From Paraspadella gotoi (taxonomy: Eukaryota; Animalia; Chaetognatha), in contig CM119264.1 in assembly GCA_051294375.1 (NCBI GenBank), positions 11,754,392 to 11,818,391 of the forward strand: DNA of 64,000 nucleotides, read 5' to 3'. Positions 1 to 14,248 of this stretch are shown in pieces; within the stretch, counting starts at the first letter, position 1; every line of letters starts with the position of its first letter. The position numbers and the translations under genes are program-made. Below the pieces are notes generated by a model. It searched no databases. It was not told the DNA's origin and saw only the letters and a program-made list of their open reading frames with translations.

Positions 1-1501
1 ACTCAACGCATCATTTTTTATACCGACTTTCCTCCCATTCATCGCCTCTGCGTTCGCCTTCATTTTTCCTCTTCTCTTTCCTGGCAACTTACCTGACCTT
101 TCCTTCCCTCTTCGCCGCCTCCGCATTCTTCTTCGTTTTTCCTTTATTCTGTCTTAGCGCCGACCCTCACTTGCCTTTCGTGTAACTTCCCCGCGCCCGT
201 CCTTTTTCCATATTCTTCCCGCGAACTTACCTCGCCGCGTTTCTTCATTCCTCTCACACACAGCCACCTTCCTTTTTTTTTGGCCTAGCGCAAAGTTGAC
301 CTTTCCCCTTTGAGCATCTACGCTTCTTTTTCTATTCTCGCTCCATAAAAAAACCTCCAAACACTCACCAACGCATCTTCCCTTATTTCCTCACTCTACA
401 ACAGCTCTGACCTTACCTTTTAATCAATTCACAGTTCCCTAATGCTTTCTAGTTTTTTTTTCTTTTTTTTTTTCTTCGGAAATTTTTGTGCCCCCCCCCT
501 TAATCTCGCGTTCGCGCGAATCAAGGATAAATCACTCATTCCCCTCAAGTTTCCGTTCTCCCTCGTACATTGTGGGTCCATTTTTTTCAACACCACCCCT
601 TGGCACGCTTTTTGTATATTTTGCGTACTTCTGTTGCGATTTCCTTTCTTCCCTTCTTTTTCCTCAACAATCCGCCCATGCACCTCTTTAAATCTCCCTT
701 TCTCTTCTCCTTTCATCTTCCTCCCTTCCAGCTTTAAAAAAAAAAAAGAATATTTCTCCGACGGTTTTTTCTTTTTTAATTTTCTTTATTCGACCGCCTT
801 TTCCTTTCTTCCGCTTCCCTCCTTTCCTCTTTTCCTTTCTTTTCCTTTCTTTTCCGTTTCACTAAAGTTTAAGCTCCGAAGCTTCGGGGTTTTTTCTATT
901 CATTCCTCGATGAATGGAGAAAGATTTTTTTATTGCGTGGTCGTGAAAACGAGGGGGGCGGCCGTGAATACGAAAAAAGCCGGGACGGAGGGGGGGGAGA
1001 TAGTAAAAGCAATGGGGAGGGCGGCTTGCAGAAAAAAAAAAGAAGCTGAGGTAGTTGTAGTTTTAAATACTTTGACGATTTGCGATTTTTGAAGGCTTTG
1101 AATTTGGAACACTCGGTTTGACGGTGGAGGGTGTAAGGGAAGGGTGTTGGGGGATGACAGGGTGGAAGGATTGGTGCGTAGTGGTCGGGAGGTGAAGGAA
1201 ATGCGAGAGGGAATGGGGGATAAAGTAAGTTTATTAAGAAATATCGAAGAAATAGTAAGGATTCAACGTGACTCGTTATCTCTGTCGATTTAAATTTATT
1301 AGGAATTTCGTAGGATTTTAATTTCTCTTTGTCTACATAATATCTTCCATAAACCACGAATCGAAAATTAGTTAAATAATAACATAAGGTGAAGAGAAAT
1401 ACAGAAAAATCAAGACAGAAAACCCAAAAACAGAAACAAAAACAGAGGAAAATAAAAAACTAAAGGAAATAAACCAACGTTCCCTCCTCCCGCATTTTCA
1501 G

Positions 1502-1767
1502 CTCTCCTTTCTTCTCTTCCTCACCTCACTCTCCTCATTCCTCCGATTCCCCACCCGACCATCGCGCCCCTGGCGGTCGAGACGGTCACGACGCCACGCC
1601 CCTCGAGGCTCGAGGCGCCCCCGACGCCCGGGAGCCCGCGTCCGTCGGCGTCAAAAGCGTCAGCGTCCAAAATTACGCCCCTTACGAAATCGAGGTCATC
1701 GTTGGATTCGGGTCGAAGGAACAGACGCGTCGATTCGGGAAATACATCATGGAGCGAAAAGTCTTGG
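1502..1767 (+). CDS. Candidate internal exon of an unidentified gene
   Basis: Acceptor 'cattttcag|' and donor 'g|gtaggt'; one frame ends ...VSVQNYAPYEIEVIVGFGSKEQTRRFGKYIMERKVL, in phase with the next candidate exon. All three frames are open here, so support is weak. Confidence 0.3.
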
Positions 1768-1922
1768 GTAGGTTTTAAAGAGGTTCTGGGTAAGTTTCGT
1801 AGAAGTTATAGTTTAGGTCTAAGTATTGGTCCTTACGAGTAAGTATTGAACAGGCGTTTCCAATGGTCAAAGCGGAGCCGAAATTTGATAACTTGATTTA
1901 TGTATTGAATTTTTTTTTTCAG

Positions 1923-2027
1923 CTCCTGGCGACAACCACGTTTTTCCGCCTCAATTCTTTGCCACGAATTCTGGCGCCAACGTTGATCTCATCCTGGCGC
2001 TAAAGTCGGACGACTATCACGTCACAG
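1923..2027 (+). CDS. Candidate internal exon (105 nt, phase 1-1) of the same unidentified gene
   Basis: Strong acceptor 'ttttttttttcag|' and donor 'ag|gtttga'; reads (A)PGDNHVFPPQFFATNSGANVDLILALKSDDYHVT. Confidence 0.35.
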
Positions 2028-3065
2028 GTTTGATTCTCAACTACATCTCATTGGAGGTTATGGCTTTGTGTCTCAAATCAAACTAGCAAATACATTTTTT
2101 TTTCAAAAGCGTCGATGATTGCTCGAGTGACTCCTTTCAATAACCACCAAGGCTCTGATTAACGTTGAATGTTCGACGGAATTCACTGAAATTCACTTAA
2201 ATTCAATCACATATTTTATTTTTATTTTCACGAATTCTTTCGGAATATAACATTTTTTTGGTTACATGTTGAGACTGATTCAGACCAAAATTTCTTTTTT
2301 TTAAACAAATTTAAAGTAAATCGACGTGAAACTTCAGAGTAATAGTAACTTGGATAATGCGCAAGTTGAAAATTAAAAAAATAATAATAAAAAAAACAGG
2401 GATGAAAAATTGACTTGGAAACTGTGAACAATTGACTGCAAGAAATTTTGAAGAATCTTTTCACGGCCACGTTTCGCCTTTTCGTCCTCAATTCTAAGAA
2501 ATGTTCTATTCAAAGAAATCTTCAGCCTTCTTTGCCTTCTCTTTAACCGAAACAATCAACTCAGTCATAAAGATACAAACGCGTTAGGCATAAAATAGAA
2601 ACTTGATAAGAAATGCAAGCAAACGCACGATGAAAACAGAATTCCAATACAGACACGCACACACTCATAGTCTGATACACACACAATTTCCTCGCGGAAA
2701 GCCTGCGACCGACATCCATTGACTTTTAAATAAATCACATTCCTATCCGCGATTAGAAACTGACGGCCATCCAGGCAACACAAAGACAATTTCTCTCTCT
2801 CTTTCTCTCTCTGCCCCTGTCTCTTTTTCTCAGTCTCCATTTCTCTGCTCTCTCTCTCTATTTCTCTTTCTGTCCTATCTCTTTTTCTCAGTCTCCATTT
2901 TTTCCTCTCTCTCTCATCTTTCTAATTTCACTTTCTCTTTTTTTTTTCACCTTTTTTTTTTCTATCGCCACTTTCACTCACTCGCTCTTTTAAGGAAGGA
3001 AAGTTTTCATTCATTTATGCGGACCAGTCTAAGGTAGCGACGGACCTCCCTTCTCAACGGAATAG

Positions 3066-3140
<75 letters not shown>

Positions 3141-4698
3141 CTTCTCTCTCTTCTCTCAGGCGCATGATTTAATGGCTCTGTCGGTGCCATGGGTCCACGG
3201 TACCATTTCGTCATTTTCCAAACGTTCTCTCTCAATCTTCCAATATGTCGTTCTCTGTTTCTCTCTTTTCTTCTCCTCCTCTCTTCCACCCTCTCTCTCT
3301 CTCTCTCATTCTCTGAGTTACAATAATTAACTTTTGCTGATGAATAGTTTCCGTTTTTCAGTGCGACATCGTCTGGAGGAGTTTCGAATTTCGCTTATTT
3401 CCATTTTCTCTTTTTTTATTGCTGCTCAATAACTCTCTTTCAAGTCCCAACTATTCCGCTATATTTCTCTAGCAATGAACTTCAGAAATTTAATTGTATT
3501 TCTCTGAATCTTATTGATAATGCTGTGTAAATGAGACAGTGAAATACAATAAAAATACTATCGCTCTTTCTCGTTTTCTCTCTTGTTCTCTCTTCTCTTC
3601 TGTTCTCTTCTTTACTCTCTCTCTCTCTCTCTCTTNNNNNNNNNNNNNNNNNNNNNNNNNNNNNNNNNNNNNNNNNNNNNNNNNNNNNNNNNNNNNNNNN
3701 NNNNNNNNNNNNNNNNNNNNNNNNNNNNNNNNNNNNNNNNNNNNNNNNNNNNNNNNNNNNNNNNNNNNNNNNNNNNNNNNNNNNNNNNNNNNNNNNNNNN
3801 NNNNNNNNNNNNAAAACGCTCATCGTCGACAACAACAACAAAGACGACCACGGCGCCCCATTACTTTTTCGTCACGGCCCCCCCAGCGCCCTCTGATGAG
3901 CTTTGGGCGGTCGGGGTCGGCGTCGGAGGTTCTCCTCGCGGAAGCTTCGCGCTTCTTCCGTTCTGGGCGATCCCGGACGTGGGGTGGCGCAGCGGCATAC
4001 CCCCAATTCTCAATCCAGGGTGTTGGGTGTCAGAACTCGGAAGTATACCCGGGTCCCAAGTTCCCGTAAGAGGGGTGGGGAACAAATTCTCTCTCAATCC
4101 TGGATGAGGGGTTTCGAAATATCTTCATCTCCCCTCGCTTCTCGATGGCTTAAGAATCCCCATTCCCACTATCCCAAAACCCTCACTTCCTTCTATCCCT
4201 TTAGAATTTAAACTGTTTTCCTTCAAGCCCTCTCTACCTTTCCATCCTCCAACCCCCGCCAAATCCCACTACCCCAACTACAACACCATCAACCCGCCCC
4301 GATCTAACAACGCGCGACGACGACGACGACGACGACGGGACGAGGAACTTATAATGTTGGGGTCGCTCGTGTGAAAAGGGGAGCGAGTTGCGCAACGCGA
4401 GGGACCTGACAGCGCCTGGCGTTTTTGCGGCACGACCACGAATTATTAATAACATCAATTGGCGCAACAACAAAGGGTGCGTCGTCCGGGTGGAGAAGAA
4501 CTGAGACAACGACAACTTACTAGTCTATTTTTAAAATTATACACATGTATAATTGTATAATTGTATAATTGTATATTAACGAAAAGGGGAGAACAGCGGA
4601 CTAAAAAAAATCAACAACAACAACTACAACAACAGCAGTAAGAGTCAATGGCAAAAACGACGATAGATGCGACGAAATTAACAACGACGACAGTTACA

Positions 4699-4749
<51 letters not shown>

Positions 4750-5139
4750 ACAAAGGTCGACATTAACGACGACGCGAACCTTCTTCCTGCCGCTCGACCA
4801 AAAACTTACCGCCGCGCGACGGGATAACTTACCCTACTTAACTCGGCGTTCGACTTGATTCTCGGCGATAAATCCGAGCCGCAATGAATCCGCCCCATTG
4901 TTTGTTTTTTTTGCCATCTCATATTCTCATCCTTACCATCTCAACTCTTGGAACCTTTTCCGCTTCGACGCCATCGCGCCATTTTTTGCGTCAATCTCTT
5001 CTCTTTGCGCGAAAAAGGAATAAAAGAAGCGACTGGATTTCTCTCTTTCTATCCCTTTCCCTCCATCTTCCACCCAAGACGACCCATGCGCCTTTAAACG
5101 CCCCGGAAAATCTTATAAATGGTCGTCAATCCTGTTTGA

Positions 5140-5710
5140 CGTCGGTGTCGTCGTATTCGTCATCTCTCCATTTTGGACGTCGTTGTTGTCGTCGTCAGAA
5201 AACGGTTTTATTCGCGTCGTCGTCGTCTTCATCGCTGTCTTCTTTATCAACGTCATCATCATAGTCATCGTCGTTGACGTCTTCATCATCAATGCTGTTA
5301 GTATTATCATCGTTGTCATCATGAACTTCTTCGTCGTGGTCATCATTTCTGTCTGTCTCCTTGTCATCATCATCGTCGTCACTGTCGTAATAATCGTTTA
5401 TATCATCATCATGAACGCCGTTCTTCGTATCATCATCATTCTTCATCGTTGTCGTCGTCATGATCGTTGTCGTCCGAATCGTTTGTTGGGATCATCTTCC
5501 TGATCGTCGTCTTTGTCGTCGTCGTCATTGTTCACATCTTCGTCTTCGTCGTCGTCGTCATCGCTGACGTCTTCATTGGCGTCATCGCTGATGTCTTCAT
5601 AGTCGTCTTTGTCGTTCGTCGTCATAGTTCACTTCTTCGTCGTCGTCGTCGTGGTCATCGCTGACGTCTTCATTGGCGTCATCGCTGATGTCTTCATCTT
5701 CGTCGTTATC
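5140..5710. repeat. Decayed (TCG/TCA)n trinucleotide tract with an internal ~55-bp duplication
   Basis: Low-complexity cgt/cat repeats; 'gtcatcgctgacgtcttcattggcgtcatcgctgatgtcttcat' occurs at ~5557 and ~5654. Confidence 0.85.
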
Positions 5711-5847
5711 TTCGAAAGATAAATAAAATCGCTCGTCTCTCTCAAAGGAGGGACGTGGCGGAGTGATGGTGTCGGAGCTTGGGTGGGGAGGGGAAGGGAG
5801 CGGAGGGGGAAAGAAAGGATGAGGGTCAGAATGAAGATTGGAGAGGG

Positions 5848-5849
<2 letters not shown>

Positions 5850-5938
<89 letters not shown>
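5850..5938. repeat. (GA)n microsatellite (one of many; others include 3067-3157, 11394-11475, 34839-34952, 45428-45517, 52281-52368)
   Basis: Direct observation. Confidence 0.99.
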
Positions 5939-5939
<1 letters not shown>

Positions 5940-6859
5940 CATCATTGAGACATGAAGTTGATATATTCCTTCTCTGATATGATTTTTTTTCCTTCTCTCC
6001 CACGATTCGTCGTCGTCTTCGCGTTCGTCATCATTGTCGTCGTCATCGTCGTCATCTCCTTTCTCGTCTTCTTTTTCGTCGTCGTTTTTGTCTTCGTCTG
6101 CATTGTCGTCTGCTTCGTTGTCCGAATATCATCGAAGGATATTTAAGCAAAGAATCTTCTTGTCTTTTTAACCCCTCAACTCATTTTTCGCTGCCCTCGT
6201 CTCCTCGCGCAGGGAAGCCTTTGAATATCGTCTCGGGGACGGGCCGAGCCTTGGGAGAGCCTCTTGTGTAGGGCAGAGATTCGGGCAAGGCCTTACCCGC
6301 TTTTTTCTAGTCCCTGGACTTCGAACAACTAAAAAAGAAGTGGGTCGCTTTGACCGCCTTTCCTTACCTCAAAAGCCACGCCTCGCCCCCACGAGGCCTC
6401 ACCCTTCATCACTCTCGCCGCGTCGCAAAAAAAAGAAAAAAAAAGAAAATTCTTATCAAGGAAGGATCGGAAAATAATCCTCGGATCAAACTTGTCCTTT
6501 TTTTTCCGTTAGCGTTAATCCCCTAAGTCGCAAAGGGTCGTCCCTTGACTTTTTATCGCTTCATCAACGGGGGGGGGTTAGAAGTTGAGAGTTAAAGTGG
6601 GGAGAGGGGGGATGAATGTAAAGTGGGAAAGCCTTTTTAAAAAATTAAGGAGAGTTAGTAACAACGAAAATGGAAAGTTTAATTTTAATAAAAGGGGAAA
6701 CCGCAAAATTTAATAGTTGTGCAAAGTTACTAAAAATATATTTAAAAAAATTTAAAAAAATATTTTTAAAAATGTACCAAGCCTAAAATATTGTTATAGA
6801 GAGAGAGAGAGAGAGATGAGAGAGGAGAGAGAGAGGAGAGAGAGAGAGAGAGTGGAAGA

Positions 6860-6905
<46 letters not shown>

Positions 6906-7502
6906 AAAGAGCGATCAAGAATCAAGTTCAAGGAAATGAGTTTTTTTCCGCTCTTGTGGCCAGACTGTGAAATGGGTGATGCAGACAGACCGGTGAATGA
7001 GACGCAATCAGGAAAAGGACGAATCAGAGTCTAAGGAAATCAGTCGCGGACGCGAAATGCTCGAGAGAAAAATGGGTCCTCAAAGGAATCCAGTAAAAAC
7101 GAGTCATTGATATAAATTTTCCCTCTTTTCTTACTTCTATATTTACTGCCTTTATCCGTTTCACAACCCTAGAACTGTTTTTATTTCTCTTCTTATTTTT
7201 AATGTAATAATAATAAGCATTGCTTCAATTGTCACATATTTATTGGCTCTTCTATATATTTTTTTCGCAATCCTTTGTCGAGTTAATTCAACTTATATCT
7301 CTTCCATTCCTTTCTATATTCTACTATTCTCCTCTTTTCCCTGTTATCTTTCTTCCGTCCATTCCTCTCTATCTTCTCTCTTCTCTCTGCCCTCTCAACT
7401 TTTCTTCGTCCATTTCTCTTCTGCCGTTTACTCCTCTTTTTTCACCCCCTCCGCTCCATCAAGGAATCATTTCATCTTTATCTTTTTCTCCTTTTTCCGG
7501 GA

Positions 7503-7563
<61 letters not shown>

Positions 7564-10500
7564 CGCGCCCCGGGGTGACCCCAATCCTATTTTTCTCTCT
7601 CTTTCTCACTAACGCCCCCCTCCCTCCTCCCCCCTTCCCACCGCCATCCACTCTCCAGCGCATCGCCCTACCATCGGCGAAGGCGACTCCCACCGCAAAG
7701 ACTTCGCAGTCATCCACATTCAGCAACACGGATTCTACATTTCGCCGATTCAAGGTCGACGCCACTGACGTTGGGGTGGCGCCGGTGGCGGGTTAGGGAG
7801 AGGAAAGCCCATCCTCGCACTGCACAACTGCATATGGCCTAGCTCTTCATCCTCCAACCGCAACATCCGCCCGACAATGTCATTGGTGACAGCAAACTCA
7901 GTATCGTTAATTTAATAAATTTAAGTATTGAATAATTAATTAAAACTACTGTTATTTGTTGAAAGTGTTCATTGCCCAACCTAATTCTACGACGACAACG
8001 ACAATAAACAAAAAGGCAAAAAAAAATGGTGGGAAGCAAACGTAGACGAAATCAAAGGTTATTTCGGTTCCATCCGGGTTTAGTAACAATCACCTTTCGA
8101 AGCGCGAACCTCGAGATCGACTGAGGGCTAAGGCGGACAGTCCCAAAAATATATTTTTATCAAAATGTTCATTGTTTTTTATTATAACTAAATAAATCTC
8201 GTGGCATTTCTAAAACGTTTTTGATAACAGTTAATATAAACGGGAAAAAAAGACAATTATTCCAAACCAGCTGTTAAGAATGCTTCAAAAAATGGGTAGG
8301 CTTTCAAACATCAGATTATTATTTTTTTTCTCAAGATTTCTTGTTGATTTACTATATTCGCTCGAAGCCAAGTTCCTTATTTTCTTTTCATATTATACTA
8401 GGAATAAGCGAAACGCTGAGCTGATAAGAAAAGAAACACCCCGCGGCCCGAGAATTAAATTATTTAAAAGACGAGGGGAAAAAAAATCCGAACAACGAAA
8501 CTGAATTAAATTTCTCGGGGGGAATTAACGAGTGGATATATTAAAGGGGGAAAAGTGGGAGGGGGGAGAAGAGGGGTTGAGGGAGGAAGGGTGGAAAAAA
8601 AGAAAATGAGTAAGAAAAAATTGGAAAGAAAAGGTTGATCATCGACAAGGAATAAAATTGCAATTGTATAAGGTGAGTTGAGAAGGATTAACAAATTTAT
8701 CGTATAATTTAAAAAAATGTAAATGAATTGTAAATAAAGATGGGATTTCGTAATTAAATAAGAAGAAATTTCGAGAGCAATGTCTGTCCGAAGGAGGAGA
8801 AAAAATTTTATCAGTATTGATAGCGAAGAGGATAAATATTGAGTAATCGGATATACATATTTTTTTGAATAGATTCATAAGAATCTTAAACAAAACGTAG
8901 GCAAAGAAATAGATTTAAATAAAAAAGCTTTAAAATTATATAGGGCACATGAAAAAAAAATATTTGGGCTTCTGATTGCAAATTTGACAAAAAATATGAG
9001 GCAGCTTTTAAGTCTTGCTGCCACATCTGTTAGATATCATATGAAGATGACAGGGACGTCAGATGGGAAATGTAACTTTATCAGCAAAGCTCCTATCCTA
9101 AGAGGAGATGAAACTGACATTTTCAAATTTCGGATATAACAAATCTGAACACTTAATTTTGAAATCATTATAACTTATTCTTAACCGACTCTCACCTTGA
9201 ACTTTGACCTTTTCAACCGTTTACACCTCTTGAGCCTTTCTCGCTTTCATCCTTACCTTTGACCTCCAACGAGACTGACCTCTTTTTTCGTCTCGCCTTT
9301 CTCTCTCCCTCTTTTTTTTTTTTTTGTCCCCTGACCTTTTTATGACCTTTGCCCCAATTCCACCTCGTGCGCCTCGTACCCCTGGCCAGCCTGGCCTCCT
9401 CGTCATCGTCATCCCCGTTTTTTTTTCTCTCTCTCTTCCGACGAGACTAATCCCGAATACACGGCGGCACCGGACGTTGGTCGGCGCTGCCGGTCGCCGG
9501 CGCCGCACCTGCTGTCCGCGACGCCACCTGGTCGCGCGGCTACGACGCCGACGAGGACGGCGAATCCATTGATCAGCTTCCGCGGGGGACGACGGCGGAA
9601 GAAATTGGTTCTGTCAAAATGGCGGAAATTGTCGCATGAAAAATGCTCGACGATGCGACGGACGCCGTCTCTGGACAACAATGGCGCGAAAAAATAAGGT
9701 GGGGGACCGTGGGCGTGGCGACGCCGAACGTCAAAAAGTTAGAGGGCGAAAGGCGTTATTTGTGGGGGGGGGGAAACGTTAATGACTGGAGAGGGAAAGG
9801 AAGCAGAAGGAGGGAGGCTCGATGTATGAAAGGATAATTTAAAGGTTACGTATAAGAGATACCGTAAAAGGGTATAGCGAATATTTTTTGTGTCTGTATT
9901 TTGAATGAAAACCCCCCTAGCCCTAAGGAGTTCTGTCTGACTAAATACTTAATTATAAATTAACCAGTAAAAATGCAATCATGAATTAATGTACATTGTA
10001 CAATGTTCATAAACTCGTAGTTATAGTCAGAATATTAATTAGATACCCTTTTACTTAAAAGACGGTTTTAGAGCGAGTGTCGAATTTCAGACTCAACCGA
10101 AAATGTGAAAAAAGTAAATGACTGTTTACATTTTGGCTTGAATCTCATTGCAGCCTACTTTTGAAGTAACTTGGGAATAAGAATAGGAAATCTTTAATAT
10201 TCATAATTCATAAATAATAAAAAAAACAAACCGAAGCTGGAAAGAGGGAAGTGTAGAATTATTTTTCTTTTCCCACCTTTAAGGGTCGACGTCTTTTCTT
10301 CCAGCGATAAGGTGAGGTTTCTCGAAAAACGATTTGCATAATGGAGGATTTCTCTCTGAGTTCCTCCTTTGCGCACCCAAGCATTGTCAACTTCTAAAAT
10401 TAGCGACGCTTTTAAATTTTTTCCAGATTGTTAGCATAGTAAACGTTATATAGACATTAGTTTTTAGTTACGCATGCATCCCCAATATTTGATAACTTAC

Positions 10501-10745
10501 TTTTTCAATGACTAGTTATACAGCAGAAATCAACAAACGATTCACCCGATTTAGATATACAGAAATGATCCGTTAAGTAAAAAACTAATTTTTTTTTATT
10601 TGGCTTGTTATTTTTTGGGAGGGGGGGGCGGGGGCGGATGTCAATGTTGAGACTTGATAAGTTTCGGGATTTTTAAGAAATTAAGACACAGATCTTATTC
10701 AATCAACAAAGATGCGTCTTTGTCTTCGATCTCGCAGATCGCTTC

Positions 10746-10781
<36 letters not shown>

Positions 10782-10791
10782 NNNNNNNNNN

Positions 10792-10823
<32 letters not shown>

Positions 10824-11391
10824 TTTTGGCTTTCAGTTAACTTTTTAGATAGAATCAAGTTTGTTTTTCGATTCTCAGACTTAATTTTTTTTTTAACTTC
10901 CCTCTTTTTTTGAATTTTAGATTTTTCTTTCCACGAAATTCGGTTTAATTTTTGGAAAAAGTCGCGTTGTCTTTCAACTTCCCCTCGAGCTTTTTCGATT
11001 CGTCTTAAGACATCAGTATCGTTGTCATCGATATGAAAATCATCATCATTGATATCATTGTCAACAACAGCACCAAATTCTCGACATCGCCGACAACGTG
11101 ACTGAATCTACACATAGTAATAATAAAAGAAAAGGATTCATTTTGTTGACAATCCTCACCGCACAACTATCTCGTCCTAGAAACATCTCTCAACTCGTTA
11201 GCCCCACCCGGTTCCTCTTCCATAACCTCAAACGAAATTTTTTTTTTTCAGCCGCTCAGTCAAAGCGAGGCCCACCATATTTCTTCACTAGATTCTCTCT
11301 GGCGGCAAACTCGTAAAACTTTTTCACCTTGGCCGCCGGGTGTCGCGACAGACGCCATTTCCTCCTTTCTTCCTTTCCTTTCGCTTGGGTT

Positions 11392-11478
<87 letters not shown>

Positions 11479-11695
11479 CACACACAAGCCGGTTATATCG
11501 GCGTCGGCGACGGCGTTGTCCTAATGTGGATGCCTTTCCCTTTTTGTGTCTCCTTCGGGTCTCGTTGGTTCCTTCGCTGCAGCAGACACTAAATCTTATC
11601 CCGGGGCGGCGTCGGTGGCGTCGTCGCCGCAGCCGCCGCCGCCTCTGCCGGCGTCTTTTGCGAATCACCTAGCGGGCAGCCGTGCGACGAAAAAC

Positions 11696-11709
11696 GTCTC
11701 CATGGCAAC
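11696..11709. promoter_or_regulatory. RFX X-box motif GTCTCCATGGCAAC
   Basis: Matches the 14-bp X-box consensus GTHNYY-AT-RRNAAC, within a CpG-rich island. Confidence 0.45.
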
Positions 11710-11827
11710 GCGACAATGGAATGAGACGCGTGCGGCGACTAGAAGTTGAGGCGGTGAATCGTCGTCGTCGTATTTCTTACTAGTTCCGCAGCATCCAATA
11801 CGAAAAGAATAATAGAATAATACCTTT

Positions 11828-11868
<41 letters not shown>

Positions 11869-12708
11869 TTAAACAAGGAAAACCCTTCAAATAGAAGCGC
11901 GGAGAGAAAAATAGAGACGGTTCGAGAGCGAGACAGAGAGAACGAGAGGGAGGGAGACAACAATTGGTCCTAATAGAGCGAAAACCGAGAAGAGAGAGTC
12001 TCCTCTTACAAAGAGGCGATGAATAACCCAGCGACGTCGTCGACTATCGACAAAAACATTCGTCAAAGACGATGAGAGGATCGTCGTTGAGAAGGCGAGA
12101 GATGGGGGTAGTGGATCGGGTCGACGAGACGCTTCCAGTTTTACATTCTTCTAGATGTGAAACTGTATGGTCGCGGAGATACTGGCTGTTCGGTGGTTGC
12201 CTATATATATATATTATAGCATTGAAAAACGTCCATTTAATCGGACACATCATAAAATTTCATATACTTTAATTTAGAATTTATATAAAATATTAAATTT
12301 TAAAATCTTAAAACGTAATCTAAAATAATGAAACCAGTTATGATGCCGTTTTTTTTTTTAACTAATTGATTTACGAAGGGCAAACGGTTGAGATACTGGT
12401 TTTAGTAACCAAAAAAACCGCTCAGCTATCAGGAGCTTCTCCGAATTTTCGACACAACAACAACAACATAACACAACGCAACACACAACTTAGATCAGAA
12501 GACTGTTTTAAGCTATGGATGACTAATCTCGTCAGAATCACAAAGATGATCGACGTCTCACATCCACAAGACGCATCAAGAACACAAAAGTGATGGAAAA
12601 AAAAAACGCACAATACTGCGAAACGATTAGGCGCGAGCGAAGAGGGAGCGAATCTGTATTCAAAGTCCAAAGAGACTTTCTAATTTGCTGAGAGAGAGAG
12701 AGAGAGAG

Positions 12709-12749
<41 letters not shown>

Positions 12750-13366
12750 TAGAAAGAAAAAAGAAAGCATTATTCTGGTCGGGCCACAATCCCACATTCA
12801 GTCAAGGTCACGAGAGCGAATCTCCCGATATTTTTCTTGCTGTTCCTTTTAATTCAGCTTGAAATCGTCTTCGCGTCACAAAATGTTGACTCGCTCGTTT
12901 CTGCGCGGGAAATTTATGGGGTCGCCAATCAGCTGCAAGAACAATTTCGGGACTCGTTAGCGGCCTCTCTTATCAGTTCTTCATTGAAACGGTACAAGGT
13001 AGTCTTTCGAAGTCGGTCATTCTTCGGTAGGAAGTTGTTAGCCCTTGAAAATAAAAACCGTGTTAGGCGTTTATAGAACGTAGTCTTATGAATAAATAGG
13101 AGTTTTTTGTTTTCAAAATGATACTGTCATTTAATATCTTAAGTTAGCAAAAGAAAACGAAAAGAAAGCCGAAATATCATACCTCACAGGTAGAAACACG
13201 TGATCTAGTGAGAAGGGGTCTATAAAAAAGAAGTGAAAGAGGAAAAGTAAATGGAATTTCCTCTCTTCCTCTTTCCTCCTTACGATTTTCTACGGACAGA
13301 TTTATTGCGAAAAATGGGAGGGCGAGATTTGCACGGTCGAGTCCGCGTCGTGGAAGTGGGAGAGAA

Positions 13367-13415
<49 letters not shown>

Positions 13416-13961
13416 CGCCTAGTCAGATAAGGGCCGTCAGTTTATTTTGTCCGGCGTAAATAATAACTTCCACGTCGATCGTTATTTAAAAATGTTAGAA
13501 TAAAATGAGAATCTTTTGCTAAATGAGGAATAATTATAGTTATTTGTGAACACCAGCTGTTTGGCGCGACGGATAAATTTTTTATAAGTGTTCTTAACTA
13601 CTATCTGGGCTTAGTCGGAAACCCCGATTTTATAAAAATCAGCAGTCGTCGGTCCAAGTATTTCGATAAAGCAATAATTAATACTCTTCATTTGTCATTT
13701 GACAATGATAACTAAGATAACAAGATCGGTTCATCCAATGTGTTGCGCCGAAGTGACTTTAGTTTCTCGTGTATTTCCCTTTGATCACATGATATAACAT
13801 TACATGACATGACATGATATGACATGACTAAAAAACTTTCTTATCCCGTATATTTAAGACATTGCACAACATGACTGTCAACATCAAAATTCCGTCTTTA
13901 TTCCTTATATTTCATGAAGGCGGCGCTAGCAGTCACTTAGATTTCAGGTTTTTTCTGTCTT

Positions 13962-14118
13962 AACAAATGAGCAACCAACTGTAGACAAATTATAAGCATT
14001 TTTTGACGTAAGTAGAACAGACCGACGGACAGACATACCGACGGACCGACGGACCGATAGACCGACCGAAAAATGACTTATAGACTTGCTCCGCGAGTAC
14101 TAGCGGCGCAACTAAAAA
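13962..14118 (-). mobile_element. Small Helentron-associated (HINE/DINE-1-like) non-autonomous element
   Basis: T-run terminus followed by hairpin TTGCGCCGC...GCGGAGCAA, then a (GTCC/GTCG/GTCT)n tetranucleotide microsatellite (~14014-14070) and a TTGTT end. This matches the terminal hairpin + microsatellite + TT-target architecture of HINEs; family assigned by architecture only. Confidence 0.5.
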
Positions 14119-14176
14119 CCTAACTATTGATTTTCTTTTTGCCAGTTTCCCGCCATGCGAATCAGACCTTCCCATC

Positions 14177-14248
14177 TTGACGGGGATTGACGACCGAATT
14201 GACGGGGATTGACGACCGAATTGACGGGGATTGACGACCGAATTGACG
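14177..14248 (+). repeat. Perfect 22-bp tandem repeat x3 (TTGACGGGGATTGACGACCGAA)
   Basis: Three identical units plus a partial unit, read directly. Confidence 0.95.

Noticed and set aside
3893-3960. CTGATGA hammerhead core (also at 42104, 53734, 54139, 54210)
   Set aside because: No stem II followed by GAAA and a cleavage triplet at the required spacing.
5113-5664. Asp-rich, Thr/Met-rich and Val/Ile-rich ORFs on both strands
   Set aside because: They arise from a decayed trinucleotide microsatellite that is open in several frames; no splice or domain support.
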